DNA from: a virus
Reading direction: 5' to 3' (one strand)
IMG/VR virus record: IMGVR_UViG_3300032220_000699
Location: 1-64,000 of that record
Length of the DNA stretch: 64,000 nucleotides
Both the position numbers and the translations under genes were made by a program. Below are positions 8,821-19,699 of this stretch, in pieces. The stretch's first letter is position 1, and each line of letters opens with the position of its first letter. The notes beneath the pieces were generated by a model. The model saw nothing but the letters and a program-made list of their open reading frames with translations, was not told the origin of the DNA and made no database searches.

Positions 8821-11800
8821 TTACACACGAGACATGATGTACAGATGCAGTTCACGGATCTGAGCTTGCAGATCAGCAACCAGGGCATCCACTTCAGTCT
8901 TGGTATAGACGTCTTGAATTCCGAGATCAGCAATAGCGGTCGGATTCTGACCAGCAGTTGCACGACCCTTAGCATCAAAGGTTGTCTTGGTATAGGTACC
9001 AGCAGTGATACCAGAATCAGCAAGTGTTGAAACCAGAGCCACATTACCAGTACCGTCAAAGTTGACAGCCGGAGCAGTTGCGTCACCAGTCATAGAGAAC
9101 TGACGAACATTCTGGAGAGCAGTTGCTGTAGAAGCATTACCGTTAAGAGCGCCAGTGATGATATTGGCAGAGAAATTGCCACTCGAATCACGGCTAACCA
9201 GCGTATTAGCATTGGCGTCAGACGTAGCGTTAGAAATAACAACGATGTTACCAGAGGTAGCACCATCACCGTTTGTCACGGTCAGACCAATACCAGAAGC
9301 AATAACGCTCTTAGTTACAAAGCTATCAGTAGAATCACGAACAATAATACCAGCCGTCGTCACGCCAGAAACGGAAGTCAGGTTAGCATTCAGCGGCTGA
9401 GCATCTGTGATGCCGTAACCAGCGATTGTGTTCGGATTCGAACCAGCAGTAATACGACCATAACCATCGGTAGTAACCTTGGTGTAGGAACCAGGTGTAA
9501 CACCAGTTGTAGCCAGATCGATATTATCAGAGTTAATAACAATACGACCAGGGTTAGCTGTATTGATATCGATTGTGTTACCAGTCAGGGTCAGACCGTT
9601 GCCGGCGATGATAGAACCTTGACCAGAGAACTGATTGATAGCGATAGCATCGGTACCAATAGCAAATGTAACCGGATCAGAAACAGTCATGACCCAGCCA
9701 GTACCCTTCAGTGTGTTACCGTCGAACACATAGAAGTAGCTACCGGAGATTTCCGAAGACTCGTCAACCGTATTGATACGCTTGAGGATGAACGGTGTAC
9801 CAGCATCACCAACTTGCTGAACAGCGTAATCACCATTTTCAAGACCGTTAGTTTGCAGACGAACAAGAATACGATCGCCGACGTTCGGGGTCTTACCGTC
9901 AACAGACAGAGCACCATTAGAGGTACCAGTCAGTGTGGAATTAACACCAAACGAACCATTGTTATAAGTAGCAGCCAGATTGCCGGTTGTAGCCAAACGC
10001 ACTGAAGGCTTGGTAACCAGACCTTGTGCAACAGCGTCAACATACTGCTTGGAAGCAGGATGCATAGCTTGCTGCGGATCAGCATGCAGTGTGACATAAC
10101 CAGTCATTGTACCACCAGCCAACGGGAGCTTAGTAGAATCCTGAGCATCCACATAGGACTTGGTAACCGGATCACTATTCAGAGAACCAACGGTTGACTG
10201 GAGTGAAGTGATTTGTGTTTGAAGAGCCGTATCGGCATTGTCAATATAGGTCTTCTGCGTAGCATCCTTGCTGTCGACGTACTGCTTAGGAGCAGCTTCG
10301 AGGTTAGCAGTCGGATCACCCGGCAGAACAAGAGCACCAGTCATCGTGTCACCAGACTTGGAGACCTTCAGAGCGTCTTGTGTATCGATGTAAGTAGCCT
10401 GAGCAGCGTCCTTGTCATCGACATACTTCTTAGTAGCAGCTTGCAGGTCAGCAGTCGGAGCACCAGACAGAACCAGAGCGCCTGTCATTGTATCACCGGC
10501 CTTAGAGACCTTAAGAGCATCTTGACTATCTGTATACTGCTTCGTAGCAGCTTGCAGACCTGTTGTCGGATCAGCAGACAGTGTCAGCAGACCAGTCATT
10601 GTACCACCAGAGAGATTAACCTTAGAGTCAATCTGATCTTGAACATTACTAGCAATGCCAGTAAGTTGGTTAATATCACTGAAAGAAACAGTGATACCAT
10701 CGATTAAGGTATTCTGATCAACAGTTAAGTGCTTAGCTTCGTCAGAAGCATGTGTTGTAACAGTTGTATCAACATAGTTCTTCGTAGCAGAATGCATGCT
10801 AGATGTCGGGTTAGCTGACAGAGTCAGGAAACCAGTCATCGTGTCACCAGCCTTGTTCACCTTAAGGGCGTCGGCGGCATCAGTGTACTGCTTAGTAGCC
10901 GGTTGCAGAGGAGCAGCAGGATCAGCAGACAGTTCAATTGCGCCAGTCATCGTGCCGCCAGCTAAAGGCAGCTTAGCGTCAAGTTGGGTCTGAACAGCAG
11001 AAGTTGTACCTTGCAGGTAATTGACTTCAGTTGACGTGACAGTCAAACCGTCCAGGAAAGTATTCTGACCAGCGGTCAGGTGAAGTGAGGCATCTGACGT
11101 GTGACCAGACAAACCACCATCAACATACTGCTTGGTAGCGGCATGAAGAACAGCTGTCGGATCAGCGTGCAGTGTCAGGAAACCAGTCATTGTGTCGCCG
11201 GCTTTGGCAACCTTCAATGCATCCTGAGTATCAATATAGGTAGCCTGAGCAGCATCCTTATCATCGACATACTTCTTAGTAGAAGCATGCAAATCGGCAG
11301 TAGGAGCACCAGACAGAACCAGAGCACCAGTCATGGTGTCGCCGGCCTTATTAACCTTCAGAGCATCAGCTGCATCAGTGTACTGCTTAGTAGCCGGTTG
11401 CAGACTAGCAACAGGATCAGCAGCAAGTGTGATAGCACCAGTCATTGTACCGCCAGCTAAAGGCAGCTTAGAGGCCAGTTGAGTCTGAACGTTATCAGTG
11501 ATACCAGTCAGTTGGTTGATATCAGTAAATGTGACAGTGATACCATCCAGCAGCGTGTTTTGTGCTGAAGTAACGTGCAGTGACGCATCGTTGGCATGTG
11601 TCGAGATATTGGAATCAACATACTGCTTAGTAGCAGCGTGGAGATTAGAAGTAGGATTAGCTGACAGAGTCAGGAAACCAGTCATTGTGTCGCCGGCCTT
11701 AGCAACCTTAGTTGCGTCTTGGTCATCGACATAAGTCTTTGTAACAGGATCTGTGTTCAGGGTAGCGACCGTGCCTTGCAGCGTGGTAACTTGACCTTGA

Positions 11801-14160
11801 ATATTAGCATCGGCTGCATCAACATAACCCTTGTTAACTGCATCGGCAGCAACAGCAGGAATAGTGTTAAGACGCAGAGAACCAGCTGTTTCAACAGTAA
11901 CATTACCTGTAACAGTGCTAGATCCAGTCTTAGAAACCTTATCAGCGATATCAGCGATAACAGTGTCAGAAACCTTAACACCATTACCAGAAGAAGTCAG
12001 TGTAGTTCCATCAAGATTAACTTGGATCTTACCACCAGCGATTTCAAGGCCGCCAGCTGCTTCCAGGTTAACTTCAAGAACATCAGCATTAACAGCAAGA
12101 CCATTGCCGTAATTAACATTAAGAATATTGCCTGCCAGAGACAGAGCATCACCAGCTGTCAGGTTAACTGATGTATTAGTCGGAGTCCAGTTACCTTCAT
12201 CAGTACGGGTGTAAGAAACACCAAACTTAGAAGATTCCGGATCAAAGACCAGAGTTGTCGAACCAGCTTCAACTGCGTCAGCAACATACTGAATAGCACC
12301 AGCAGTAGCATTCGTGATGGTAACAATCTTGTTATCATGAGCGGTCAGGGTTGCGCCGACCACGGTAGCCGAGGTCAGAGAAACACCGAAACGATCACCA
12401 ACAGCAACGGCACGAGCTTGCAGGAATACCCATTCTGTACCATTGTGGAAAGTAGCATAACCAGCCTTACCAGCCCATGCAGCTGTCGGAGCAGCACCAA
12501 CAATGTAAACATCGTTAGCAACAGGAGAGGCAGGCGGTGTATTGAGATCATCAGCAACCAGGTTAATATCGGTAACCGGATCTTGCCACTTCTGACCAGC
12601 GATCAATGAATCAACATAGGTCTTGTTAACAACTTCAGTTCCAGTAGCAGGAACCTTAGAAACAAAAATTGTCTTACCAGCGTCAAGAGTAACATCACCA
12701 GTAATTGTGCCACCGGCCTTGTCAAACTTAGCATCGATCTGTGCCTGAACACCAGAAGTAACACCAGCCAAACGGTTAATTTCTGTAGAAGAAACCGTAA
12801 TACCGTCAAGAAGAGTATTCTGAGCAGATGTCAGGTGAACTGTGTCATCAGAAGCGTGTGTAGAGACAGTCGTATCAACATACTGTTTCGGAGCAGCTTC
12901 AAGATTAGCAGTCGGGTTACCTGGAAGAACCAGAGCACCAGTCATGGTGTCGCCGGCCTTATTGACCTTCAGAGCATCAGCTGCATCGGTATATTGCTTG
13001 GTCGCCGGTTGCATTGCAGTAGCCGGATCAGCAGCCAACGTGACGGCACCAGTCAACGTACCACCAGCAAGAGCTAACTTAGAATCAAGTTGTGACTGAA
13101 CGTTAGAAGAAACACCAGAAAGTTGGTTAACTTCTGCAGACGAAACAGTGATACCGTCGATAAAAGTATTCTGAGCAGATGTCAAGTGCAGAGAAGCATC
13201 GGTTGCGTGACCGCTAAGACCACCGTCGACATATTGCTTAGTAGCAGCTTGCATTGCAGAGACAGGATCGGCAGACAGAACCAAAGGTCCAGTCATTGTG
13301 TCACCAGCCTTAGCAACCTTCAGCGCGTCTTGCGTGTCGATATAAGTAGCTTGTGCAGCATCCTTGTCGTCAACATACTTCTTGGTCGAGGCGTGCAGAT
13401 CAGCAGTAGGAGCACCAGACAGAACCAAAGCGCCTGTCATCGTGTCGCCGGCCTTAGCAACCTTTAACGCATCAGCTGCGTCGGTATATTGCTTGGTCGC
13501 CGGTTGCATTGCAGCAGTCGGGTCAGCAGCAAGAACCAATGTTCCGGTCAGTGTACCACCAGCCAGTGCCAGCTTAGAATCAATCTGAGTTTGGACATTA
13601 GCAGAAACACCAGCCAGTTGGTTAACTTCACCTGAAGAAACTGTAACAGCGTCTAGGAAAGTATTCTGAGCAGATGTCAGGTGCAGTGATGTATCGGAAG
13701 CATGTGACAGAATTTCTGAATCAACGTACTGTTTAGGAGTAGCATGCAAAGCCGACGATGGATTTGCATTAAGGGTCAAGAACCCTGTCATTGTATCGCC
13801 GGCTTTATTCACCTTAAGGGCGTCAGCGGCGTCGGTATATTGCTTCGTCGAAGCTTCGAGATTAGTAGAAGGGTTACCGGCAAGAGTCAGAGCACCGGTC
13901 ATCGTTCCACCAGCAAGAGCCAGCTTAGAATCCAGTTGTGACTGAATACCACTTGTAACACCTGACACATAGTTGAGTTCGGTGGCCGTAGCGGTCAACG
14001 AGTCAAGTAACGTGTTTTGTGCAGTTGTGAGGTGCAGACTAACATTATTAGCATGTGCAAGAATACTGTTATCAACATAATTCTTGTTCGCGGCTTCCAT
14101 CGGGAGCTGCGGATCGCGCGGCGTGATGATAGGCTGATTACCATATACACTAAGTTTCAT
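8821..14160 (-). CDS. Long repetitive tail fibre protein (1779 aa)
   Basis: Many KV.KAGDTMTG.L.L..DP....AATKQYVD and H..D.SLHLT.AQNT.LDG repeats; a central DUF2793-like segment (DVYIVGAAPTAAWAG); C-terminal fibre modules (VRLATT..GDRILV..QT..ENG; GVTPGSYTKVT.D..GR). AAAGGAG RBS. Confidence 0.85.
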   Translation of the reverse strand: MKLSVYGNQPIITPRDPQLPMEAANKNYVDNSILAHANNVSLHLTTAQNTLLDSLTATATELNYVSGVTSGIQSQLDSKLALAGGTMTGALTLAGNPSTNLEASTKQYTDAADALKVNKAGDTMTGFLTLNANPSSALHATPKQYVDSEILSHASDTSLHLTSAQNTFLDAVTVSSGEVNQLAGVSANVQTQIDSKLALAGGTLTGTLVLAADPTAAMQPATKQYTDAADALKVAKAGDTMTGALVLSGAPTADLHASTKKYVDDKDAAQATYIDTQDALKVAKAGDTMTGPLVLSADPVSAMQAATKQYVDGGLSGHATDASLHLTSAQNTFIDGITVSSAEVNQLSGVSSNVQSQLDSKLALAGGTLTGAVTLAADPATAMQPATKQYTDAADALKVNKAGDTMTGALVLPGNPTANLEAAPKQYVDTTVSTHASDDTVHLTSAQNTLLDGITVSSTEINRLAGVTSGVQAQIDAKFDKAGGTITGDVTLDAGKTIFVSKVPATGTEVVNKTYVDSLIAGQKWQDPVTDINLVADDLNTPPASPVANDVYIVGAAPTAAWAGKAGYATFHNGTEWVFLQARAVAVGDRFGVSLTSATVVGATLTAHDNKIVTITNATAGAIQYVADAVEAGSTTLVFDPESSKFGVSYTRTDEGNWTPTNTSVNLTAGDALSLAGNILNVNYGNGLAVNADVLEVNLEAAGGLEIAGGKIQVNLDGTTLTSSGNGVKVSDTVIADIADKVSKTGSSTVTGNVTVETAGSLRLNTIPAVAADAVNKGYVDAADANIQGQVTTLQGTVATLNTDPVTKTYVDDQDATKVAKAGDTMTGFLTLSANPTSNLHAATKQYVDSNISTHANDASLHVTSAQNTLLDGITVTFTDINQLTGITDNVQTQLASKLPLAGGTMTGAITLAADPVASLQPATKQYTDAADALKVNKAGDTMTGALVLSGAPTADLHASTKKYVDDKDAAQATYIDTQDALKVAKAGDTMTGFLTLHADPTAVLHAATKQYVDGGLSGHTSDASLHLTAGQNTFLDGLTVTSTEVNYLQGTTSAVQTQLDAKLPLAGGTMTGAIELSADPAAPLQPATKQYTDAADALKVNKAGDTMTGFLTLSANPTSSMHSATKNYVDTTVTTHASDEAKHLTVDQNTLIDGITVSFSDINQLTGIASNVQDQIDSKVNLSGGTMTGLLTLSADPTTGLQAATKQYTDSQDALKVSKAGDTMTGALVLSGAPTADLQAATKKYVDDKDAAQATYIDTQDALKVSKSGDTMTGALVLPGDPTANLEAAPKQYVDSKDATQKTYIDNADTALQTQITSLQSTVGSLNSDPVTKSYVDAQDSTKLPLAGGTMTGYVTLHADPQQAMHPASKQYVDAVAQGLVTKPSVRLATTGNLAATYNNGSFGVNSTLTGTSNGALSVDGKTPNVGDRILVRLQTNGLENGDYAVQQVGDAGTPFILKRINTVDESSEISGSYFYVFDGNTLKGTGWVMTVSDPVTFAIGTDAIAINQFSGQGSIIAGNGLTLTGNTIDINTANPGRIVINSDNIDLATTGVTPGSYTKVTTDGYGRITAGSNPNTIAGYGITDAQPLNANLTSVSGVTTAGIIVRDSTDSFVTKSVIASGIGLTVTNGDGATSGNIVVISNATSDANANTLVSRDSSGNFSANIITGALNGNASTATALQNVRQFSMTGDATAPAVNFDGTGNVALVSTLADSGITAGTYTKTTFDAKGRATAGQNPTAIADLGIQDVYTKTEVDALVADLQAQIRELHLYIMSRV

Positions 14161-14237
14161 TTTAGCTCCTTTAATTCACTAAAAAAAGAAAAAACTACCT
14201 GATTCCTTCATTCTATTTAAAAAAAACAGGTTGGTGG

Positions 14238-15263
14238 TTAGATGCCTCTTGGTGAATGCAAGTGGGCGGTGAGCATTGCCATTAGTTCGTTAAACTTATC
14301 ATCAACATAAGTCTTTGTAACAGGATCAAGTTGTGTCTGTGTAATCTGTCCTTGCATTGTGTCAAGTTGCAGTTGAAGATTTTGCTGACCTGCATCCACA
14401 TATTGTTTTGTAGCAGCATGAGCCGGTTGAATTGGATCTTGATTGAGTGTAAGAGGGCCACTCATCACATCACCAGCTTTATTAACCTTTGTATTAAGTT
14501 GTTGATTGACATATGTTGTCTGCGGATAATTAGACAACATTGATGTAATCTGAGAATTATTAACTAATAAACCATCTACATATTGTTTTGTAGCAGCATG
14601 AAAAGGATCAAGAGGATTTGCAGCTAATGTTAAAGGACCTTCCATCGTATCACCGGACTTCTTGACGTATGAAGTCAATGTGCCGGTATTTAACAACTGG
14701 AAGAAACTTTGAATTTCTTGTTGGGTCAAAGATGAGTTGGTAACAATAGCGTCACGAATTTGACCAAGCATTTGAACAAGTTCTTCTTGACCAAAGAACT
14801 GATCATAATCCTGATAATGAGGACTAGGCGGTAATGAATTAGGAACATTCGTAAGAATATCCCAAACAGTAGTTCTTGGGTTGTAAGCTTTGTCAGCTAA
14901 TGTAGTAAGAACAAGAAGTCTATCAGCAATTTGATCTCCACCGATAGTCTGATAATTCATCAGAAGGATACCGTTCAGATTCAGGTTATGCAATGTGACA
15001 GCGCCATACATTGCTTTGCCAGAAACACGAGTACCGGTAACATATTGAAGTGCAAATGAATAATCAACATCCTCTTGAAGAGGTGTGATAGTTCCATTAA
15101 TAGAAATAGAAAGAGAAAAGTTATCTACATAAAACGGAGCAAATTCAGGGACAATAAAATAATAGTCCTTAAAATGTGACTCTGAAACAGTATGGAGTTC
15201 ACCTTGAATTAGATTCGCCGGGTTATTGCCGGACATATCTAAAGGATATGTAACAGTTGGCAT
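14238..15263 (-). CDS. Virion structural protein: fibre-base domain plus fibre repeats
   Basis: N-terminus is paralogous to 6671..7759; C-terminus carries the KAGD.M.GPLTL..DP...HAATKQYVD repeats of the 1779-aa fibre. Confidence 0.75.
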   Translation of the reverse strand: MPTVTYPLDMSGNNPANLIQGELHTVSESHFKDYYFIVPEFAPFYVDNFSLSISINGTITPLQEDVDYSFALQYVTGTRVSGKAMYGAVTLHNLNLNGILLMNYQTIGGDQIADRLLVLTTLADKAYNPRTTVWDILTNVPNSLPPSPHYQDYDQFFGQEELVQMLGQIRDAIVTNSSLTQQEIQSFFQLLNTGTLTSYVKKSGDTMEGPLTLAANPLDPFHAATKQYVDGLLVNNSQITSMLSNYPQTTYVNQQLNTKVNKAGDVMSGPLTLNQDPIQPAHAATKQYVDAGQQNLQLQLDTMQGQITQTQLDPVTKTYVDDKFNELMAMLTAHLHSPRGI

Positions 15264-15322
15264 TTTGAGTCCTTTTTCAATAAATCAAAAAATTCTCTAT
15301 AAGGCTTCAAGTTAAAAATAAA

Positions 15323-15348
15323 AAGACCTAGGATTTCTCCTAGGTCTT
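15323..15348 (-). terminator. Intrinsic terminator
   Basis: 11-bp perfect stem with GAAA loop and U-tract on the minus strand, just after the RNAP beta stop. Confidence 0.8.
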
Positions 15349-15352
15349 CTTT

Positions 15353-18300
15353 TTATTTACCAAAATAAATATCTGCTACTTGTTTAGAAACATGTTTAAG
15401 AAGTCTATTTGTTGTACCGATTAGAATAGGAGAATTCACAATACGGTTCAACATCCCACGATAACTGAATACAGCGTCAACTCGTTCACCTGACTCAGTC
15501 GTAATACTATTTGTATAGACATCAGAAATAACTGACTTCATCTGGTTAGCAAAGACACCCTTGTCACCGATAGCCTGTGTAAGACGAACACGAATGTAGA
15601 CTTTGAGTTCTAACGTATCCATATTCAAATTCTTACCACCAACTCGATATTCAGATGTCACTGAACCATTTGCATTTTCAATAGCGGTTCCTTTTGTTTC
15701 GTCATAAAGTTCTCTATCTAAACGAGAAGCTAGTTTACGCAACGAAGGAGACATATCCGACAATTCACCATTGTAACGGATTTCATATTTATCAATCTTG
15801 CCTTTAACCTTTGCCTTAGGTGACAAAGAGGCAAGAGACTGTAACATCTCAATAGTAGATTCAGATAGATTATTGTAGTCTGTGTTCTCATCCAGAACTG
15901 TGAACAGAATGTCATTCGGTTCAACTTCAGATCCTTCAGGAATAAGACCAGTAATATTTTTATTAAACTCAATGATGAAAGATTTCTCTTTCACAATGAT
16001 AGTTGACATATCTTCACTAAGTTCTGTAGAAATCGCTGAAGAGTCTTCAAAGACTTCATTAGTCATAGTTAGTGCTACTTTAACAGTCCTACCAAACTTC
16101 ATGACAAGCTTAGAAGTATCTAACCAATCAGGTTCAAAGAACCCAGTATTATAAACGAGGTAATCATTTTTCTTAAACTTATTACCGACTTGAAGTTTAG
16201 TAGCAAGTTCATGCGGATAAACAGAACCTTCCATTCGTCCATAACGATTACCTAACTGAATGCTTTCAGTTTCACCGTTCTTATATTTCACAGTGAGAAG
16301 TTTATCAGTCTTAGCGGTTACCGAACCATCGTCTTTAGCAACAGAACAATAAAGCTTACCGACCTTAAACGGCATCATATATTCGTAACCAGTTCTCAGT
16401 AAAGGTTGCATATAACCTTCGGACATGATTGTATGTCCGTTCTGAATGTTCACGAAGTTAATACGCTTCGGATCATCTTGATCAGAACCAGGTGATAGCA
16501 ACACGGAGGTAGAGAACAGTTTAGATTTGTTTTCAATATGTTCTTGATTATCCATATCAATCAAACCACGGACATCCTTAAATCTTGCATAAGGAGTAAG
16601 ATAAGTATTTAGAGCAACATCACCAGAGTCAACAGTAGCTTCAGAAATAAAACCAGTGTCATTTTTATGGAAACGTCTCATGTATAAAGGAGTTGCGTCT
16701 TTGTTAAGACCATCCATCCCGGAGAAAGTAACTGCTTCAATTTCTTTCGTATCGGTGATAGGATTATTATCTTCAGTAATTTTGACAGTGTTATCTTGAG
16801 TGACATAGTTCCACACTTTGTATGGATCAAGTTCAATCTTAGATCTACCACCACCTTTAAATTTATATGTGCGAATACTTTCGGCAAGTGCTCTATACAT
16901 TAAACCAGGCATACGATCATAACCACGAATACGACAATACTTAGGATCGTTGATATCTGGATAAGCAAAATCTTTCAGAAGTTCATTTGCTCTAAATAAA
17001 AGCTTAAAGAAATCAGTCGGTTCACTCATACTCGCAAGAACGTCGACTGTAATCGGATCAAGAAAGAGTTCCTCGAGTAGATTGATCTCTTTAATATGAA
17101 TAAGTGATAAGTTACGATGTTCAAGCAAAGCAAGATAGATTTCTTTATAATCAAAATCTTTCAAACTGTGTTGCTTAATAACATCCTTGAAATAGAAGAA
17201 ACCATTAAACAGAAGTTGTTGTTCTGGTTTTGTGGTTTTAATAATAAGTTTATAGTCAGCAAACTTAAGAACAATTTCATCCTTAGTTGGCTTATACTGT
17301 TTATTTGATTCTAATAATTGATGTTCAACACCAGTCACAGAAATCAAATTAGAGATACCCAAGTAATAAGACATGACAACGCCTAACGGAATAGCGTCGC
17401 CAAGAATATTGATCATTGTGAAAGACTTAGGAAGCTTAGTGCGATCCAATTCAAGTAGATCAACTAAGTCACCCATCTCTTCCATGTTCTTTGTATAGTT
17501 AAAGATATTATCCTGATAATCTGTAACCAGAATGTTCTTTGATTTGTCATAACCAACAAACACTAAATCCTTGGCAGCAAGTTCCTTGACCACATTCTGA
17601 TCAATATAGTCTGTCATGTGTTTATGGTTAAAGATGAATTTATATTTATCTGTTTCAACACTACCAAAATGCATGGACATATTCGTGTACATGTTTGGGA
17701 GTAGAATAAGATTAGAATAGAAGTTACCTGGTTGAATCTTAATGATGTTACCATCACCAGCTATATAAGTTTCTTTGATATGATCAACAATATAAGCAAA
17801 ACTATCGAAACTCTTACGTTCTGTTCTGAAAACAAACAGTTTGCTATAGTTACTTGTTAAAGCAACACGAGTTGGTGAGATCTTACGAATAGGTAGATCT
17901 GTTCTTTGTTTACGCATACGGTAACGAATACCAGAGGCAGTAAACTCACCCTCATCATCAATCTTCGGAAGTCGGAAATAAACAGTAGACTCTTTACCGT
18001 GCAAAGGTTTAAGAGTTAGTTTATGAACTTCATATTGTCCTAACACAGAAGAATTATCTTCTACTGTGTAGTCTTTAATAATGACACCGGCTTTTTCAAT
18101 GTTAGTGATACAAGCGCTGATGTCTTTCTTCATTACTGTGTTTAGATATTTACGATCAAGGTTAAGAATAACCTCTTTCTTTAAATTGTCAGTAACTAAT
18201 GGATTATCAATATCAAGTACAGTATCTTCCTTAGTCAGCTTTGTTTGACCAGGTTGAATTTTGCTAAAGTTATCAATAGTTGAATTAGGATCGTAAGGAG

Positions 18301-19699
18301 ATTTCAATCCTTGTCTTGCTTCGAATGTTTTTCTTAACGTTCTGATCTCTTGTGAAGTTAGGAGTTTAAATTCCATAACTTCTTTCAGATAGTTATCAAA
18401 CTTATCTTGTAAAGTCTTATCCTTAAGAATCTTTTCCAGATGTTCAGGATCAGTATTAACAACAATAGGTGATTTATTTTCTTCTTCAGTTTCTGCGTCA
18501 ATCTGAAGAATAGAATCTTCGAAGATGCGATCTGTTTCCGAAGCATCATTTTGTTTAAGTTCTTCATCAAGCAACTGATTAAGACTAGCAATATTCGTAT
18601 CAACTGCGTTAGCGATACGATCATCAAAAGCTTTATCAACTTGAGCTAAACTAACAGGTTTATTTGCTTCTGGTGTTATACCAGAAATTTCAGGTAGTTC
18701 TGTGTCATGCGTGATGTTAAAATCTTCATTATGATCTTCATCATCCTCATGTTTAATTTGTTCACCAATTTCTTCTGGTGTTTCATCAATAAGTGTGCTA
18801 TCTTCACCTTGTTGATCGAGTTCAAGAATAGCGTTAATCTTGTTCTGGATCTTATAAAGTGTAAGGATAAATAACTTCTTAGTTTTAAGTGGTGAAATCT
18901 TAGAATTGTTTTCAATCTTAGACTCATCGCAAACACTACGAATAACAAACAAAGGCATAAAAGAACTATAACCTTTGTAATTAAATTCAATAATAATTCG
19001 TTTAGAGTCGTCGTCTGAAATATTCTTCAGAGTAGAGTTTTCACGAGTTTCATTAATCAACCATTTATAGAGATCAATAACTTGTGCAAGACGAACATCG
19101 TTAACAATACGAGCAAACTTAATCGGATTGAATTTTAAAATTACATCAAGCACATTGACATTCGGAATAACATTCGGAAGTTCAATCTTGATAAATTGAT
19201 AAGACTCATTCTCTTTACTAATAGCATGTTTAACATAATGCCAAACTGTGCTATGTAAATTAAGGTATTTGAAATGAGAAGATAGAAGTGATGATTTATA
19301 CTTATAAAGATCCTTAAGAAGATTATAGTTGTAAACTGAAACAACATTAACATCTTCATTAGGGATTTCTGCAAGATTAATATTCTTGAATTCTTTTGTA
19401 TTCTCTTGTCCCCATTTACGAACTTCCTGACCTACTGTCTTATTCAACAGCATTGAAGTTTCATCTTTGGACACTAAATCCAAAACGTGGTAAATAGGAA
19501 TACGTTTATTCTTACCAACTTGGCTAAAATAAGGTAACTCACGATTAGGAAAATGACTTTCCACACTGTGATCTAGATAGTGAAGAATAGAAAGACGTGG
19601 AAGATTAATTTCTTCTTGCTTAATCACAGCTGGATTAAGTAAGTAAATTGGACTTCTTATAGCTTCTTTTAAAAGAAACTGATTGAACATTAATAACAT
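15353..19699 (-). CDS. Virion RNA polymerase beta subunit (phiKZ gp178-like)
   Basis: About 1450 aa with beta motifs (YRMRKQR, GRMEG, EDS, GDKGVFANQMKS). Start moved to the ATG at 19699, which has an AAAAGGA RBS. Confidence 0.85.
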   Translation of the reverse strand: MLLMFNQFLLKEAIRSPIYLLNPAVIKQEEINLPRLSILHYLDHSVESHFPNRELPYFSQVGKNKRIPIYHVLDLVSKDETSMLLNKTVGQEVRKWGQENTKEFKNINLAEIPNEDVNVVSVYNYNLLKDLYKYKSSLLSSHFKYLNLHSTVWHYVKHAISKENESYQFIKIELPNVIPNVNVLDVILKFNPIKFARIVNDVRLAQVIDLYKWLINETRENSTLKNISDDDSKRIIIEFNYKGYSSFMPLFVIRSVCDESKIENNSKISPLKTKKLFILTLYKIQNKINAILELDQQGEDSTLIDETPEEIGEQIKHEDDEDHNEDFNITHDTELPEISGITPEANKPVSLAQVDKAFDDRIANAVDTNIASLNQLLDEELKQNDASETDRIFEDSILQIDAETEEENKSPIVVNTDPEHLEKILKDKTLQDKFDNYLKEVMEFKLLTSQEIRTLRKTFEARQGLKSPYDPNSTIDNFSKIQPGQTKLTKEDTVLDIDNPLVTDNLKKEVILNLDRKYLNTVMKKDISACITNIEKAGVIIKDYTVEDNSSVLGQYEVHKLTLKPLHGKESTVYFRLPKIDDEGEFTASGIRYRMRKQRTDLPIRKISPTRVALTSNYSKLFVFRTERKSFDSFAYIVDHIKETYIAGDGNIIKIQPGNFYSNLILLPNMYTNMSMHFGSVETDKYKFIFNHKHMTDYIDQNVVKELAAKDLVFVGYDKSKNILVTDYQDNIFNYTKNMEEMGDLVDLLELDRTKLPKSFTMINILGDAIPLGVVMSYYLGISNLISVTGVEHQLLESNKQYKPTKDEIVLKFADYKLIIKTTKPEQQLLFNGFFYFKDVIKQHSLKDFDYKEIYLALLEHRNLSLIHIKEINLLEELFLDPITVDVLASMSEPTDFFKLLFRANELLKDFAYPDINDPKYCRIRGYDRMPGLMYRALAESIRTYKFKGGGRSKIELDPYKVWNYVTQDNTVKITEDNNPITDTKEIEAVTFSGMDGLNKDATPLYMRRFHKNDTGFISEATVDSGDVALNTYLTPYARFKDVRGLIDMDNQEHIENKSKLFSTSVLLSPGSDQDDPKRINFVNIQNGHTIMSEGYMQPLLRTGYEYMMPFKVGKLYCSVAKDDGSVTAKTDKLLTVKYKNGETESIQLGNRYGRMEGSVYPHELATKLQVGNKFKKNDYLVYNTGFFEPDWLDTSKLVMKFGRTVKVALTMTNEVFEDSSAISTELSEDMSTIIVKEKSFIIEFNKNITGLIPEGSEVEPNDILFTVLDENTDYNNLSESTIEMLQSLASLSPKAKVKGKIDKYEIRYNGELSDMSPSLRKLASRLDRELYDETKGTAIENANGSVTSEYRVGGKNLNMDTLELKVYIRVRLTQAIGDKGVFANQMKSVISDVYTNSITTESGERVDAVFSYRGMLNRIVNSPILIGTTNRLLKHVSKQVADIYFGK

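Noticed and set aside
8814-14202. Numerous 60-160 aa alternative-frame ORFs over the fibre gene
   Set aside because: By-products of repetitive, codon-biased sequence; not protein-like.
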